A stretch of 63,246 nt of DNA, filler included, from Hyphochytrium catenoides (taxonomy: Eukaryota > Protista > Hyphochytriomycota): assembly GCA_900088475.1 (NCBI GenBank). It is 13 parts of 13 records of this genome, joined end to end, with 100 filler letters (N's around TTAATTAATTAA, not from the genome) between each part and the next. Parts side by side here need not be neighbours in the genome. Positions count along the whole stretch, not along the records: positions 33,354 to 45,535 come from FLMG01002266.1; positions 45,636 to 56,376 come from FLMG01003930.1; 11 more parts are not named here. One strand, given 5' to 3'. Made by a program: the position numbers and the translations under genes. The notes under the pieces are model-generated. The model did no database searches. It was not told the DNA's origin and worked only from the letters and a program-made list of their open reading frames with translations. Of the stretch, positions 39,617 through 52,076 are shown in pieces. Within the stretch, counting starts at the first letter, position 1, and the number at the start of each line of letters is the position of its first letter.

Positions 39617-40720
39617 TGCGGTTAAAGATAGTATTATGGCAGCTCACCGCTCTTCTTCTTTCTTCCGCAATTCTCTTCTCGCAGCTTGGCTTGGAATCGT
39701 GATGAAGCGACGAAATCTGTGAGGGCAGACAAGCTAGCTGCAGTATCATCAGCCATGGCCCAATACCGGCAGCAGAAGGACGGGGCAGTGATGGAAGAAG
39801 GAAGGTGGTGGTGGCGGCGCGAAGAGCGGCCAGAAAAACCCTTTTCTCCCATACATAATATTAGCGGTCACTTGTTAAGGTCGCATTGACTGTTAGGCTA
39901 TAGTTAATATTAAGGGTCTTGTCATGCCTGGTCATGATTGACAGATCAATCTTGCGAATCTTCCTCAAGATCCTGGAGGAGCTCTGTAGGACGACAGGAA
40001 ATGGACAAAGACGCTGTGAGCTTTCAAAGTCCCTGATAATTTCTCTGTATTGTGGGCTTATTTGGGAGAAGGGTTATGTAGGTTGTAAATCCTACTGGTA
40101 CGGTCAACACAGTGGGTAGGAGGGAGGAGGGAGCCTGTCAGAACGACACAGCTTTGGTCCCTTTCTCTCTCGTTGTATATCTCTCTCTCGTCTCTCTCTC
40201 TCTCTCTTTTTCTCTCGCTTTCTCTCTCTCACTGTGTCTGTCTCTCTCTTCTGTCACTCTCTCTCTTTGTCTGTTGCTCTCTCTCACTGTCTCTCTCATC
40301 ACTCTCTCACTCCTTCTCTCTCTCTCTCTCTTCACTTTCTCTCTCCCTCTCAACCTTCTCTCTCTCCCTCTCTCTCTCTCTCCCTTTCTCTCTCTCTTTC
40401 TTTATGTGCTCCTTCCTTGTACTCGCACTTTCTCACTTGTCTTCCGCCCAATCTCTCTTTTGTTGCGATCTTTTATGTCTCCTGTCTGATGGCTGTTCAT
40501 CTCCCCAGCAGACAGACAACTCATCGAGCTCCACGAGCCGCATTGACGCATCGCTAGCACAGTCACTTCTGCCTCGTCAGGAAAGGTTATAGATGCTCTT
40601 GGCTGGACGCGAGCTCTGATAACAGCCCCATCTGCTCATAATTGAGGGCCTACAAGGCTAAGAGAGAGAGAGACAGAGAAGAGAGACGACAGAATCTTGG
40701 AGGATAGCTTAGCGTGCATC

Positions 40721-43700
40721 ATGCCGGCGAACCATCCACCGTCAGAAGAAGAGCTGGAGATCCTAGAGGGGTGAGGAGAACTTCTCTGTCGCTAGCCTTC
40801 CTTGTCTCTCTCTTCTGTTGAATTCTTCTGTCCTCTCTCTCGCTTTGACTCTTCAAAAGGGCATCTACTCCCTGATTAGCTGGTTCACCTCAAACTCTTG
40901 TGTGTGTACCTCTTCCAGTGCCGGTGCCTTCTCTCATCCTTATCGCTCTCTCTCTCTCCTCTCACTCCGCGGCTCGTCTTTTCTCCTAGGGAGGAGGTGT
41001 CTCAGGTCTATCAGTACACAGTGTCAAGCCTCAGAGAGCTACTACCTGAGGAGGATGCGAAGATTGATAATCAGCGAAGGAATGAAGCTGCAGACGCTGC
41101 TGCCACGTTAGTCTCTACACTTGTTGACTCTGCCTCTCAGGCTCTATTTCTCCTCATATAGTTTCCGCCCTGCCGTCTAGTTGGCGCTCTTTATCTCGTG
41201 CCAAAACATGTCTCTGCCTCTCTCTCTCTGTCTCTCTCTCTTTCCCTCTCCCTCCTCGTCTCTCTGCCCAACCCCCATCCCACTCTTCCCACTTTTTGAT
41301 GGTTGTGTGTCCCTGTCTGTTCCTCTCTATTTATCGCTATTGCTCTCACTGTGTTCGTTTCCCCAATATCTCTCTTAGTTTCTCTCTCCGTCGCCGCTCT
41401 TCGACCAGCATCCTCTCAACCCATCCTCTGAGCCTTCTTTTCTACTGCTGCGCCGTGGGAGAGACAGCCTGCTAATAGGTTCTTGTTTATCCATTTCCTA
41501 GTGTCGCGGGGTACAATAAGCTGATGACAGACAAAGATTACATTGCGATCGATGGGCTGAGGAAGAGAAATGAGAAGGTCAGGAACCTCTCTCTCTGTCC
41601 AGCTTTTTAGGTCTCTCTCCTTTGCTCGCACAGCTCTCTCGGTGCTTGCTTTCTATCTTTTCACACCACCCTCTTAACGGTGTGCCCCTATCCAGGGCTG
41701 GATGGCTAGCTTCCTACGTGCAGGAGCCCGGCAACAGCTATATTTTGATCCCGCCAAGGTCCGGGCCGCCATCGTGACCTGCGGTGGTCTCTGTCCCGGC
41801 CTAAACACGGTGATCAGGGATCTCACACTCGCTCTCTATGAACTTTACGGCGTCAAGGCTGTTTATGGAATCAGGTAGCCCTTCTTTCTCACATGAATGT
41901 TGTTCCTTGTCCATCACTCTTCGTTCAGACTAAGCAGTTCTAGAGTCTATTTGCTTTCCCTTCTCCTCCAGTGTTCGCTTGGATCGTCGTACCCGTGTGA
42001 CTTTCATCTTTCCTCTTCGTCTTCCTGGCCTCTCGTTCTTAGTCAAGGTTCCTCTCAACGCTTAACTGCTCTCTAGGGGAGGGTACACTGGTTTTCATTT
42101 TAAGTATAACCTCAACGGTGACGGACTGGGGGATCCCAATGCTCCGATTCTCCTTACTCCACAGGTAGTCAGTCGCTTCTTATGCTGCTCTGTCGGCCAT
42201 CCTGTTGACGCTTCTTGTCTAGAATGTGGCCGATATCCATCATCAGGGCGGAACTGTTTTAAGCACAGCGCGTGGCGGGTTTGACCTCGACCGCATCCTT
42301 AAGTTCTGTGCAGACTTCAATGTCTCTCAGCTCTATGTGATAGGAGGTGACGGTACTCATAGGTATGTCTCAGCAGACACTAAGGAGTCACAAACGAAGA
42401 GATCGGAAGACCTGTAGACCTAAATATCTTGGCTCCTTCTCCAATTTGACCAATCAATGGCTGTCTCCGTCTTCCTGGGCCCTTGCTATATTTAGGGGAG
42501 CACACAAGATTGGTATGGCGGCGGTGGAGAGGAAGCTGAAGTTGGCCGTAGCTGGGATTCCGAAAACCATTGATAACGACATTGGCTTCATCGACCGCTC
42601 ATTCGGCTTTAACACGTCAGTGGAAGAGGCTGTGAAGGCCATCCATGTATGACTAAACTCGTTCTCCCTTTCCTTCTCTCTCTCTCTTTCTCTCTCTCTC
42701 TCCCTCCATCTACGTGCGAAAACTCCGGGCTTATCCCTTCACTTTTATCAAGCTGCCGCTCTATTAGAAAGTCCATTTATCCTTCTGCAGATGACAGTTT
42801 GCGCCTGCTGCCCTTAGCAATCCACCGTCTATTCGATAAGCCCATCGGTTTCTTCTTTTCCTCTCTTTGTGCTCTACTTTCATCTCTCTCACTCTTCATC
42901 TGGCTGCTTTTGCAGGCGGGTCTAGTAGAGGCGCAGAGTCATAAGCCCAATGGCATCGGTATTGTCAAGGTCATGGGCAGAAGTTCAGGCTTTATTGCGG
43001 CGTATGCCACGCTGGCTAGTGCTGATGTTGATCTGTGCTTGATCCCAGAGGTAAGCGCGCCCAGAGGGACGGGATGAGATGGGAGGCACTAGTGCATGGG
43101 CCAGGAACAGGGTAAAAGGGAAACTTTATCATTGTCGGGTTAACGCTCCTTCTCAACGCCGTGTCTCGCTCAGACTCCAATTGTTTTGGAAGGAGAGAGA
43201 GGATGTCTTCCTCATCTCGAAAGAATGTTAGCGAGACGCGGCTATGCCGTTGTCGTCGTAGCAGAGGGTGCGGGAGAGGAGCTGCTGGGAGCCTCAGCGG
43301 AGGTAGATGCAGGAGGAAATAAGAAGCTTCCACCCATTGGAGTATTCATCAAGCAACAGGTTAGGCTGGAGGAGAAGCACGAGCTCTAAACTATCCTTCG
43401 CCCTTCTTATACTAATCGTCTAGCCATCGCGTAATCTCCTTCAAGGGTCACATATACCACTGAGTGGTGTTCCTGCTCTCGCTAGCTTTTTGCGGCCAAG
43501 TGGCTGCTCTAGAGGCCTCTTTGCCAGAGAGTAGAACATCTACCTCCGGGGTTTTTTTCTCCGTTGCTCTTCTTTGTCTTGTCTACCCGACTCAATGACT
43601 TCTTGATTTTCCTGCTCTCGGCAGATTCAAGATTATTTTGACAAGAGAGGAAAGAAGACAGTGATCAAGTACATTGATCCTTCCTACATGATTCGAAGGT

Positions 43701-44537
43701 GGGAGACATACAGGCTCGGAGCCTGCTCTTGAAGGACATTTGGAGAAGCTAACTGAACCTACTCTGGCTGGCCACTCGGCCCCATTCCCTCTCCGTTTGC
43801 TCTTTCCTCTTTGCTCCCTCTCTTTTTCTCTCACTTCTTTTTGTCGGCCTCTCTGTCTCCAGCGTGCCTCCAAATGCTGCGGACAGTCTATACTGTATGA
43901 ACCTAGCGCAGAACGCCGTTCACGGAGCCATGGCAGGTGAGTTGGTTTATATTCTTCGATGTGCCGTCTCTAGTCGCTTTCTAGTTCCTGGACTCTTAAC
44001 GGATCTGAGGTCTCTTCTACTGCTTTTTTATTGTCCGACTTGCTATCTAATATCAATCAATCTATTGCGTTGATGGCATAGGCTATACTAGTTTCTCCAC
44101 GGGTCTCGTCTGCAATCGCCTGGTCTACATTCCAATGCCTGCCCTTACGGCCCGCTCCCCGCGGCAGCTCAATCCATATGGAAGGTGAGCAGAGTTTGCT
44201 GGTCTTTTAGGCTTTGAGCAACTTTCAATCTGTTGTCTCTCTTCTCGAACTTTTGACCTTTCAGCCGCGTCTTTTTTCTCGGCTCTATTCTCCATCGGTT
44301 CCTGCGATGCCTTCTTCACGTCACCCTTGTAAATGACCTTACTCTGTGCCTTGTATGGACCGTAATTACATCTCTTGCATATCTGTCATTGTCTCTATTG
44401 CATGCCTGACACCATCTGTTGCCTGTTCCGCTGTTAGAACGTGGGAGCGTGTGCTGAGTCAGACCCGACAGCCGAGCACAGCTCTCCCTCGCCAAATCCC
44501 TGCTACAGCTTTGAACCCTGACAAGATCTCAGACTGA
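40721..44537 (+). CDS. PFK: ATP-dependent 6-phosphofructokinase (plant/protist PfkA group X type), ~13 exons; start codon tentative
   Basis: [113 protein letters not shown] and AVHGAMAG. The GGDG Gly is consistent with ATP use. Confidence 0.96.
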
Positions 44538-45869
44538 GACCGGTCTCCTTCCTAAGCTATTTCTACTCTAACACTTTATAATTAACTTTATGGACTGATT
44601 AGTACCATCTCTCGCTTCCCAGCGCTAGAGCGGGTAAAGGCTGACGAGCCAAGGAAAGGGGAGAGAGAGAGGGGGAGAGAGAGACAGAGAAAGAGAGGGA
44701 GAGAGAGAAAGAGAGAAGAGAGAGAGAGAGAGAGAAAAGCGAGCTGTGCAGAGGAGAGGAGAGAAGAGTGGAGAAGCTCCTAGGTTGTGCCCTTTCTTAG
44801 CCCTTTATACCCGGGTTGTCGCTTTTTGTCATTGGGTCAAACATGTTAGGGCTGGCAACATGCACGAATTACCAAGAGTATGTGCTGACCGTATACAGAG
44901 ACGACCCTATAAACCTACAATTGTCGGATACTTGAGCTAGGTGCCAAGGGGAGGTCTGAAGGTTCCGCCACACTTCAAGAAGGACCAATGACTTTTCGCG
45001 TGCTTGTGATGGCTGCACTCCCGCTCTCACAGCCTGTTCTTATTAGCCTTAGTTTTTTTCCCTCCCTCCCTCTCTCTCTCTCTNNNNNNNNNNNNNNNNN
45101 NNNNNNNNNNNNNNNNNNCTCTCTCTCTCTGTTTCCTCTCCTGACTGGTCTTCTCGCTTCTCTCTCTTCTGCCCCTACTCCGTCCTCCCTCTGTTATCCC
45201 TCCTTTTGCTCTTTCCTCCTATTCATTGCTCTGGTCAAACTCTCTCTCTCTCCCTCTCTCCAAGGGTATTTCTCGCTAATGCCGCACTTCCTTCACTAGC
45301 TCGCTAGCTATAGACTTTGTCTCCTTCCGTCGCTCGCTGAGATAGGGTGTTATTCCCTCCGTTCACGTCCTGGGGTCGGCCTTCATCTTCCTTCCATTCG
45401 AGAAGAGCTACATGTAGGGCTTACGCACAGACGAAGAGAAAGAAAAAGCGGTTGAGAGGAGTAACAATTGCAAAAGGAGGAAGGAGCGAGCAAGCCAGCG
45501 ATGGATCCCTCCCTGCGGCTGTGGAGTGAGGAGCCNNNNNNNNNNNNNNNNNNNNNNNNNNNNNNNNNNNNNNNNNNNNTTAATTAATTAANNNNNNNNN
45601 NNNNNNNNNNNNNNNNNNNNNNNNNNNNNNNNNNNTCAGCCCTTGTTGGATCCTTCTCTATCTTTGGCAGAGACGAACTAATATATCGTAGTGTCTTCTT
45701 CTCTCCTACGCTTGTTCTCTTTCTCCCGATTATTGTTTTTGGATGTTATCTTGTTATTCTTCCTTCTCTGATGACGATGATGTGAGAGAAGGAGAGAGAA
45801 AAAAATCCGAATATGTCCTGTCTTTTTCCTTCTTCCTTCAGGTCTCTTTCTTCTCTTTTTTTCTTTGAG

Positions 45870-46790
45870 AGATCGAGGCGAAGACTCCTGGCGCGTAAAG
45901 ACCATTTAAGGCAATGAAAAAAGGCAAAAAGAAATAGGGCAGAAACATATGATATTCAGCATCTCTTGCTCGCTTGTTCAAGTCGATCGAGACAAAGATT
46001 CCTGTGCGTAAAGGCCATTTAAAGCAGTGAAAAAGGCAAAAAGAAAGCTAATTACCCTGAATTCAGCATCCCGTCTTCCTCTGTTCGAGTCGATCGAGAC
46101 GAAGATTTCCGGATGCGTCAAAGCCATATGTTTGATGCTTTGAAGAAAGGCAAAAACAACGCAGAAAGATCAGAAGATCATGATATCTAGCATCTCTTCC
46201 TCGTTTGTTTGGGTAGATCGAGATAAAGATTCCTGATGCGTAAAGGCTATTTTTTTTTTAGCAGTGACAAAAGGCAAAAAAGAGAGCAGAAAAATCATGA
46301 TATTCAGCCATCTCTTCTCGTTTGTTCAGGTTGATTGAGAGATTCCTGATGCGTAAAGGCGATTTAACGCACCGAAAAAAGCAAAAACAAAGCAGAAAAG
46401 TCATGAGATTCAGCATGTACTCCTCCTCTGTTTGAGTAAATCGAGACGAGAATCCGGACGCGTAAGGACCATTAAAAGCATGACAAAAAGCAAAAAAGAA
46501 AGCAGAAATACCATGCTATTCAGCATCTCTTCCTCGTTGGTCGAGTAGATCAAGACGAGGATTCCTAATGATGCGGAAAGACCATTTAAGGCAGTGAAAA
46601 AAGGCTAGAAGAAAGCAGAATTACCCTGATATTCAGAATCCCTTCCTCCACTTCGAGTAGATCAAGACGAAGCTTTCTGCTGTGTTAAAACCATTTGTTT
46701 AATGCATTGAAGAACGGCTAAAATAAAGCAGAAAAAGATCAGAAGATGACGTTATCAGCATGTCTTCCTCTTTGGTTCGAGTTGGTCGAG
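45870..46790. repeat. Diverged tandem satellite, 8 monomers of ~108-122 bp with a ~569-bp higher-order period
   Basis: The anchor GCGTAAAG-like motif falls at about 45893, 46006, 46115, 46237, 46350, 46458, 46571 and 46681. Shared motifs are AAAAGGCAAAAA, TGATATTCAGCATC and GATCGAGAC. Confidence 0.93.
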
Positions 46791-48014
46791 ACGCTGTTCC
46801 CCAACAAAGAATGTAGAAATTGGTCCCGTTGTTCTCCTTCTTCCGCTATCATGGAATTCTCTGGCCCTTACGCCCTCGTGGTTGGTGCTCCGTTAATCTT
46901 TTTATGGTTACAACCTTTTTTGTTCTTGTCCTTGCTTGGCTTTTCTTGGCTCCGTTCCTACCAAGACATAACTAGACCGAAATCGCCCTATGCTATTGTT
47001 TGATCTCTCTTTTCTCTCCATCTCTCTTCTCTGTTGCCCCCGTCTCTCATTTCTCCTCTCTCTCTCCCGTATCTCTTCTTGTGATTACTCTTCTCGCTTG
47101 ATGTGAGGAGTGAGCGTTGTCCTTGCTCCCTTATCTCTCTCCCTCTCTCTCTCCCTCTCTCTCTCTCATGTCTCTTCTTGTGAGCACTCTCTTCGCTTGA
47201 TGTGAACAGTGAGTGCAAGAAGAAGGATGAAGAAGAGAGAGAGAGGCAAGAGCAAAGAGAGAGAGAGAGAGAGAAAGAGAGGGAGAGAAGATAGAGAGAG
47301 CCGTTGCTGTTTCTTAAAGTGGTCCTTCCCCTCTACCATTATTGAAAACTAATGTAAAAAGAGGATGCCCTACCTCACAGTACCGTTTTAATTCCTTTCA
47401 GCGCTTTTATAAAAGCAAGCTTATTACAGGATCTGCCAAAAATACTGGGCCGTATTTTCGGAATTAACCTATAGCTTTCCCATCCAAATCGAATTTCTTT
47501 CCTTAGGAGCATCTCCATCGCGGAGTGCTATTGCTATTTTTAAGACCGTTTCCGGTATTTTTCATTCCTACTCCAAAAATGGCATCCCCACTGGGAGTTG
47601 TCTATTGCTAAACCATATGCATATGGCAGCCGCTAACGTTTTCAGAGTATCTCGAATAGATACTCAACAAACGGTACCGGCTACTAGTGCTATTTGTCCT
47701 GTCCCCCCAAGAAAGATGACCATAGGTCACTACGGGACAAGTGTGCTCTCGTGTCCCTTCCCCCGAGTTGAAGCAAGATACACTGACAACCCCCTGGACT
47801 GGTTTCGCTCATTTATTTATGATGTGTGTTGCGATGAAGTATGAATGATGACACAAGAATCTCCACCATGAGCAATAATCGCAGCAGCAGCAGCAGCATC
47901 TTGCAGAAGATGGACAGCGCTGTGAGTTCTGAACATCATTGCCGCCATCATCGGCCACTCCCGTAGCCGGCACCACATACCCGGAAGCAAAATCTCATCG
48001 TCACGCTGATTAGT

Positions 48015-49418
48015 ATGTTTCCCGCCGCCGCGACCCCTTCTTCGTCGAGTAGTGATGACTCCGATTCCTCCTTCTTTGATGAGGACGAGCTGGACCACTA
48101 TTGCGATGCGCTAGCAACTTCATCAAGACCTGAGGATGACGGGATGATCGGAAAGAAGAAAGGCGCTCGCGGTGGCTCAGTAAAAGGCAAACGTTACATC
48201 GAGCGGAACATGATGGAAGCTCACGACGCCATAGTTCGAAACTACCTTGGCACAGCAACGAAGAAGCCCCGGTACCCAGAGGAGAAGTTTCAAAGAGATT
48301 TCCGGATGTCATCCAGGCTCTTCAAGCGTCTACTGAACGATCTCGAAAAGTGGGTAGGACCAGATGGCATTCCTTATTTCAAGCAAAGGCCAAATGCACT
48401 TGGAAAGCTTGGTGCATCATGTTTACAAAAGCTCACTGCGGTTATGAGGATGCTGGCCAATGGAACATCTGCAAATGCCTGTGACGAGTACTGCCAAATC
48501 TCGGAGACCTTGGCGCTGCAGTGTATGGACTATTTCTGCGAGGCAGTGTTTCAGCTCTACGGCAAGGAGTACTTGCGCAGCCCTACTCAGGCAGATGTGG
48601 CTAGGATCTTACGGCATAGCCAGGACAGAGGCTTTCCTGGCATGCTTGGATCTATCGACTGTATGCACTGGCAGTGGAAGAATTGTCCAGTTGCCTGGGC
48701 CGGCCAATACAAAGGGAAAGAGAAGAAGCCCACCCTAGTACTTGAAGCTGTAGCATCTTATGACTTGTGGTTCTGGCATGCATATTTTGGAATGCCCGGC
48801 TCATGCAATGACATCAACGTCCTCGACCGATCTCCCCTGCTAGGCACACTATTCAGACATGGTGCACCGCAGCTCCCCTACCTGGTAGGAGGTGAGCAGC
48901 GCTCACAGTACTATCTTCTTGCTGATGGCATCTATCCTAAGTGGTCGATCTTCGTCCAGACTATCTCTGAGCCACAAGGTAACAAGCAGAAGCATTTTGC
49001 AAAAATGCAAGAGGCCTGCAGGAAAGACATTGAGCGCGCCTTTGGGGTTTTAAAGGCGCGATTTGGCATTATCGAGCGGCCGGCGCGTTACTGGACCATT
49101 TGGAAGGTGAAAAATGTGATGACCACCTGTATCATTCTGCATAACATGATAGTTGAGGACCGCAGAAGAGAAGTTAATGCTGCCAGCTCATTTGTTGAGG
49201 GATTGGCTGCGGGGGGCCATAATGCTGCTGGACCTCTTCTCTCGCCACCGACAGTCACTGAGAACGCCAGGGCGGATGCCGAAGATGGTTTGACAGACAT
49301 AGTCGAGAAGATGGCTTTAGCAATCAGTAGGATAGAAGACCAAGCTGAACACTATAGGCTTAGAGAGCTCTTGATCGATCATTTGTGGGAGGTTCACGGG
49401 TCAATAACAGAAGCCTAA
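48015..49418 (+). CDS. Harbinger/PIF DDE transposase (HARBI1/Plant_tran family), intact 467 aa
   Basis: FQRDFRMS, GFPGMLGSIDCMHWQWKNCPVAWAGQY, LEAVASYDLWFWHAYFG.PGSCNDINVL, YLLADGIYPKW and RKDIERAFGVLKARF. Confidence 0.97.
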   Translation: MFPAAATPSSSSSDDSDSSFFDEDELDHYCDALATSSRPEDDGMIGKKKGARGGSVKGKRYIERNMMEAHDAIVRNYLGTATKKPRYPEEKFQRDFRMSSRLFKRLLNDLEKWVGPDGIPYFKQRPNALGKLGASCLQKLTAVMRMLANGTSANACDEYCQISETLALQCMDYFCEAVFQLYGKEYLRSPTQADVARILRHSQDRGFPGMLGSIDCMHWQWKNCPVAWAGQYKGKEKKPTLVLEAVASYDLWFWHAYFGMPGSCNDINVLDRSPLLGTLFRHGAPQLPYLVGGEQRSQYYLLADGIYPKWSIFVQTISEPQGNKQKHFAKMQEACRKDIERAFGVLKARFGIIERPARYWTIWKVKNVMTTCIILHNMIVEDRRREVNAASSFVEGLAAGGHNAAGPLLSPPTVTENARADAEDGLTDIVEKMALAISRIEDQAEHYRLRELLIDHLWEVHGSITEA

Positions 49419-49464
49419 TGTGGCCTTAGTTATTTACTAGTTACGTTATGATAAATGGTAAGGT

Positions 49465-50306
49465 TCACATGGAAGAAGTCCATCTTTGAGAGATCTTTTG
49501 CTGCATTTTCAGCATGACGTCCCTAGTGTCCTGAGTTAGTGGCTCGCCCTGAGCTTCAACTAATCTCAAAAACAGCTTTGCTTCCGAAATGTCGTTCCGC
49601 CGTTTCATCTCAGCAGATCTTTCCACAGCAGCTGCCGCCATCAACTGGCGCACTTCGAGATCATCTTTCTCTTTTTTCTTACCTTGCGTCTTACTTAGTT
49701 TCGCCTGTTTGCACCGCACCCCATGGGACGATAATTTGGGCTGTTGCGGTCCCTATTATCGTCACTAGACAAGGATGATCCTATATTCTCGTCTTCTATA
49801 GAGTCAGAAGCAGAACTGGTTGAGGAGGAAGGCTTGTCAGCCCACGTGTCTGAGCCTTCAGCATCGGTTGATGTCATTACATTTCTTGAGCGCTTGTGGT
49901 GATTTCCAAACTTTGGGCAACTCTTGAGAATCGCCCAGCAGGAAAGGAAGTTGAAAGGGGCCTTGTACACCGTACGATAAAGCTCACAGGCCTTGTTTCG
50001 TTTATCGTCATCGGTGAAGCCGCTCGGAGACTGAGCTTCGATCTTCTCTAGTATGCCGATGAACTTACTGACATCGTGGCTTATTGTCTGCCATCGACTC
50101 TTCAAAGAAGGTTCTGATCTGGGTTCCTTTATCACCTCACCATCAGGAAGTTGCTCCACCATCGTTGCATTAAAATTCGAAGTGATCGCTTTCCAGAACG
50201 CCTTTGAGCTTTGGTCGGTCCCCACAATAGAGTTCTCGGTTGCTCTTACCCAGGCTCTCGAAAGGCTTTCGTCTTCCAAAGTGGACCAGTTCTTGCCTCT
50301 GCCCAT
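49465..50306 (-). pseudogene. Harbinger Myb/SANT-like partner protein, frameshifted by a 5-bp duplication
   Basis: MGRGKNWSTLEDESLSRAWV...FWKAI...SLKSRWQTISHDVSKF...FNFLSCWAILKSCPKF. Removing one GCACC copy at 49711-49720 fuses the two ORFs as RPMGCKQAK. Confidence 0.9.
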
Positions 50307-51183
50307 GGTATTAGATGGTTGTTGTTTGATGAATGAGGAAGCAATAGCAGTAAGCTCAGGCTTCGCCCAAGCAGAAGCGCGACAACCAGCAAGAGGAGGA
50401 AGGAAGTTGGCGACTAGTAGTTCATCAAAAAGCGCCTTTGTGGCAAGGGTAAGATAGACTAGTCTGTGGTTAGAAGATCAACGAGCAATAATAAACTGGT
50501 TCTGATGATGAGAGCTGAATGAACAGGAACTTCGTTCAAAGCACACAGTGGCGGCAGTTGCGCGCGCGCGGGAAAAATGGAGATGAATGACGCCAACAGG
50601 ATGGTAACCGTTGAAGGTAAAATAGAACCCAGTTTCCATTTTCACCACTACGGATGCATGAATAGCACCCGAGCCGTTAACGCATCAATAAATACAGACC
50701 AATCAGATTGCAGCAAAAGGAACCTTCAACGGGCTAATAGAAATGGCAGTAGCACTCCGCGATGGAGATGCTCTTACGTCTGTTATATATACAGAGGTGA
50801 AACATATTCTTCAACTTGAAAGATTCAATATGAAGAGAAAGTATAGCCGTTACTGACCTGCTTCAGCTGATTATCAAAAACCCCATCGCCTCCCTGGCCC
50901 CCCAAGGACTCCCCCCCTCTTCCTGTTGTGCCAGAGATCGTTGTGGCAGTATCAAAACCTACTATTTCGCTTATTGTGAAGTTTGACTATTTCACATTCT
51001 GCAAGGATCATTATTTGACAAGGAATATGTGAAGTATGGGAGAGCAGTGTGAAATTTGCCTGCATGATAGCTACAATTAGAAGTAAATATGTCAATCTTG
51101 GTATGTGAAATATGGTGGATGTGGGCTTCCTTCCCACCTAGCCAGCAACTGAACGCCTTCCTGGCTTGTTGTGGGCGCTCGTT

Positions 51184-51255
<72 letters not shown>

Positions 51256-52076
51256 GCTCTCTGTATGCTCTGCCTGCCTTTCTCTCTCCCAGTCTCTCTA
51301 CCTCGCACACTTGCCAATGGGGGAATCTGACCCTCTTTCGTCACTCTCTCCTCAGGGGTGTGTCCCTCTCTCCATTGTTTCTTTTCGTTATCTGTCGACT
51401 TCCTCTCTCAACCTCTCTTCTTCTCTCTCTGTTGACTTCTCTCTCTCTCCATCATCAGCTGTCACATCAAAGGCAAGCAGGAAGAAAAGGGCACAAAGGG
51501 AAGTCCCTTTCTAGAATATAATCCTTCATCCGTCCTCTCTCTTCTCTCTCTCTCTTCTCTCTTGTTCTTGCTGGCGCTTACTCGGGCTCTCCTCTCCTGT
51601 TCGTCCTCATCTCTCTGGTGCTGTTCTCTCTTTTCTCCTTCTCTCTCCAGCGTTCATCATTCAGGAAGTTGTCCTCAGTCATTTGCCTATTTTCTTTCCC
51701 TCTGTGCGAAGCTTTCGCCCGCCGCCTCTTCCTTCGTCACTTGCTCTGTCTTCTTTCTTTCTTATCCCATTGTGCGCGTTGCTCTGCGTCTTTTCTCATC
51801 TCTCTCCTTCGTTTCTCTCTCTCTGCCCCTTTCGTTGTCTGAATCTTTGGTTAGAATCGGAAGAGCGTTGGCCACATCTTTCTGGAGAGAGTCTTCACCA
51901 GTCTCTTTCTGCCTCATTCTCCCTCCTTTCTCCTCTCTTTCCCAATAGCTGTCTACCATCTTACGATTGGGAGATCACTTCTGTCTCTCTTTCTGTCTCT
52001 CTCTATCCTCGTCGTTCCCCCTTTCTCTCTTCTTGTGGTGATCAGAGAAAGAGAGAGAGAGACACACAGCTGGAGA

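Larger units (their letters stand above)
47507..50773. mobile_element. PIF/Harbinger DNA transposon, full length (~3.27 kb)
   Basis: Perfect 24-bp TIRs GAGCATCTCCATCGCGGAGTGCTA (47507-47530 and 50750-50773), flanked by TTA(G) on the left and TTA on the right. It carries a transposase and a convergent Myb/SANT gene. Confidence 0.96.

Noticed and set aside
38125-39900. TIRs for the hAT remnant (TAGCCGTTAGTCA vs TGACTGTTAGGCTA)
   Set aside because: The match is weak and there is no 8-bp TSD.
45870-46790. CRISPR-like array
   Set aside because: The whole monomer is homologous between units with no unique spacers. The context is eukaryotic and there are no cas genes.
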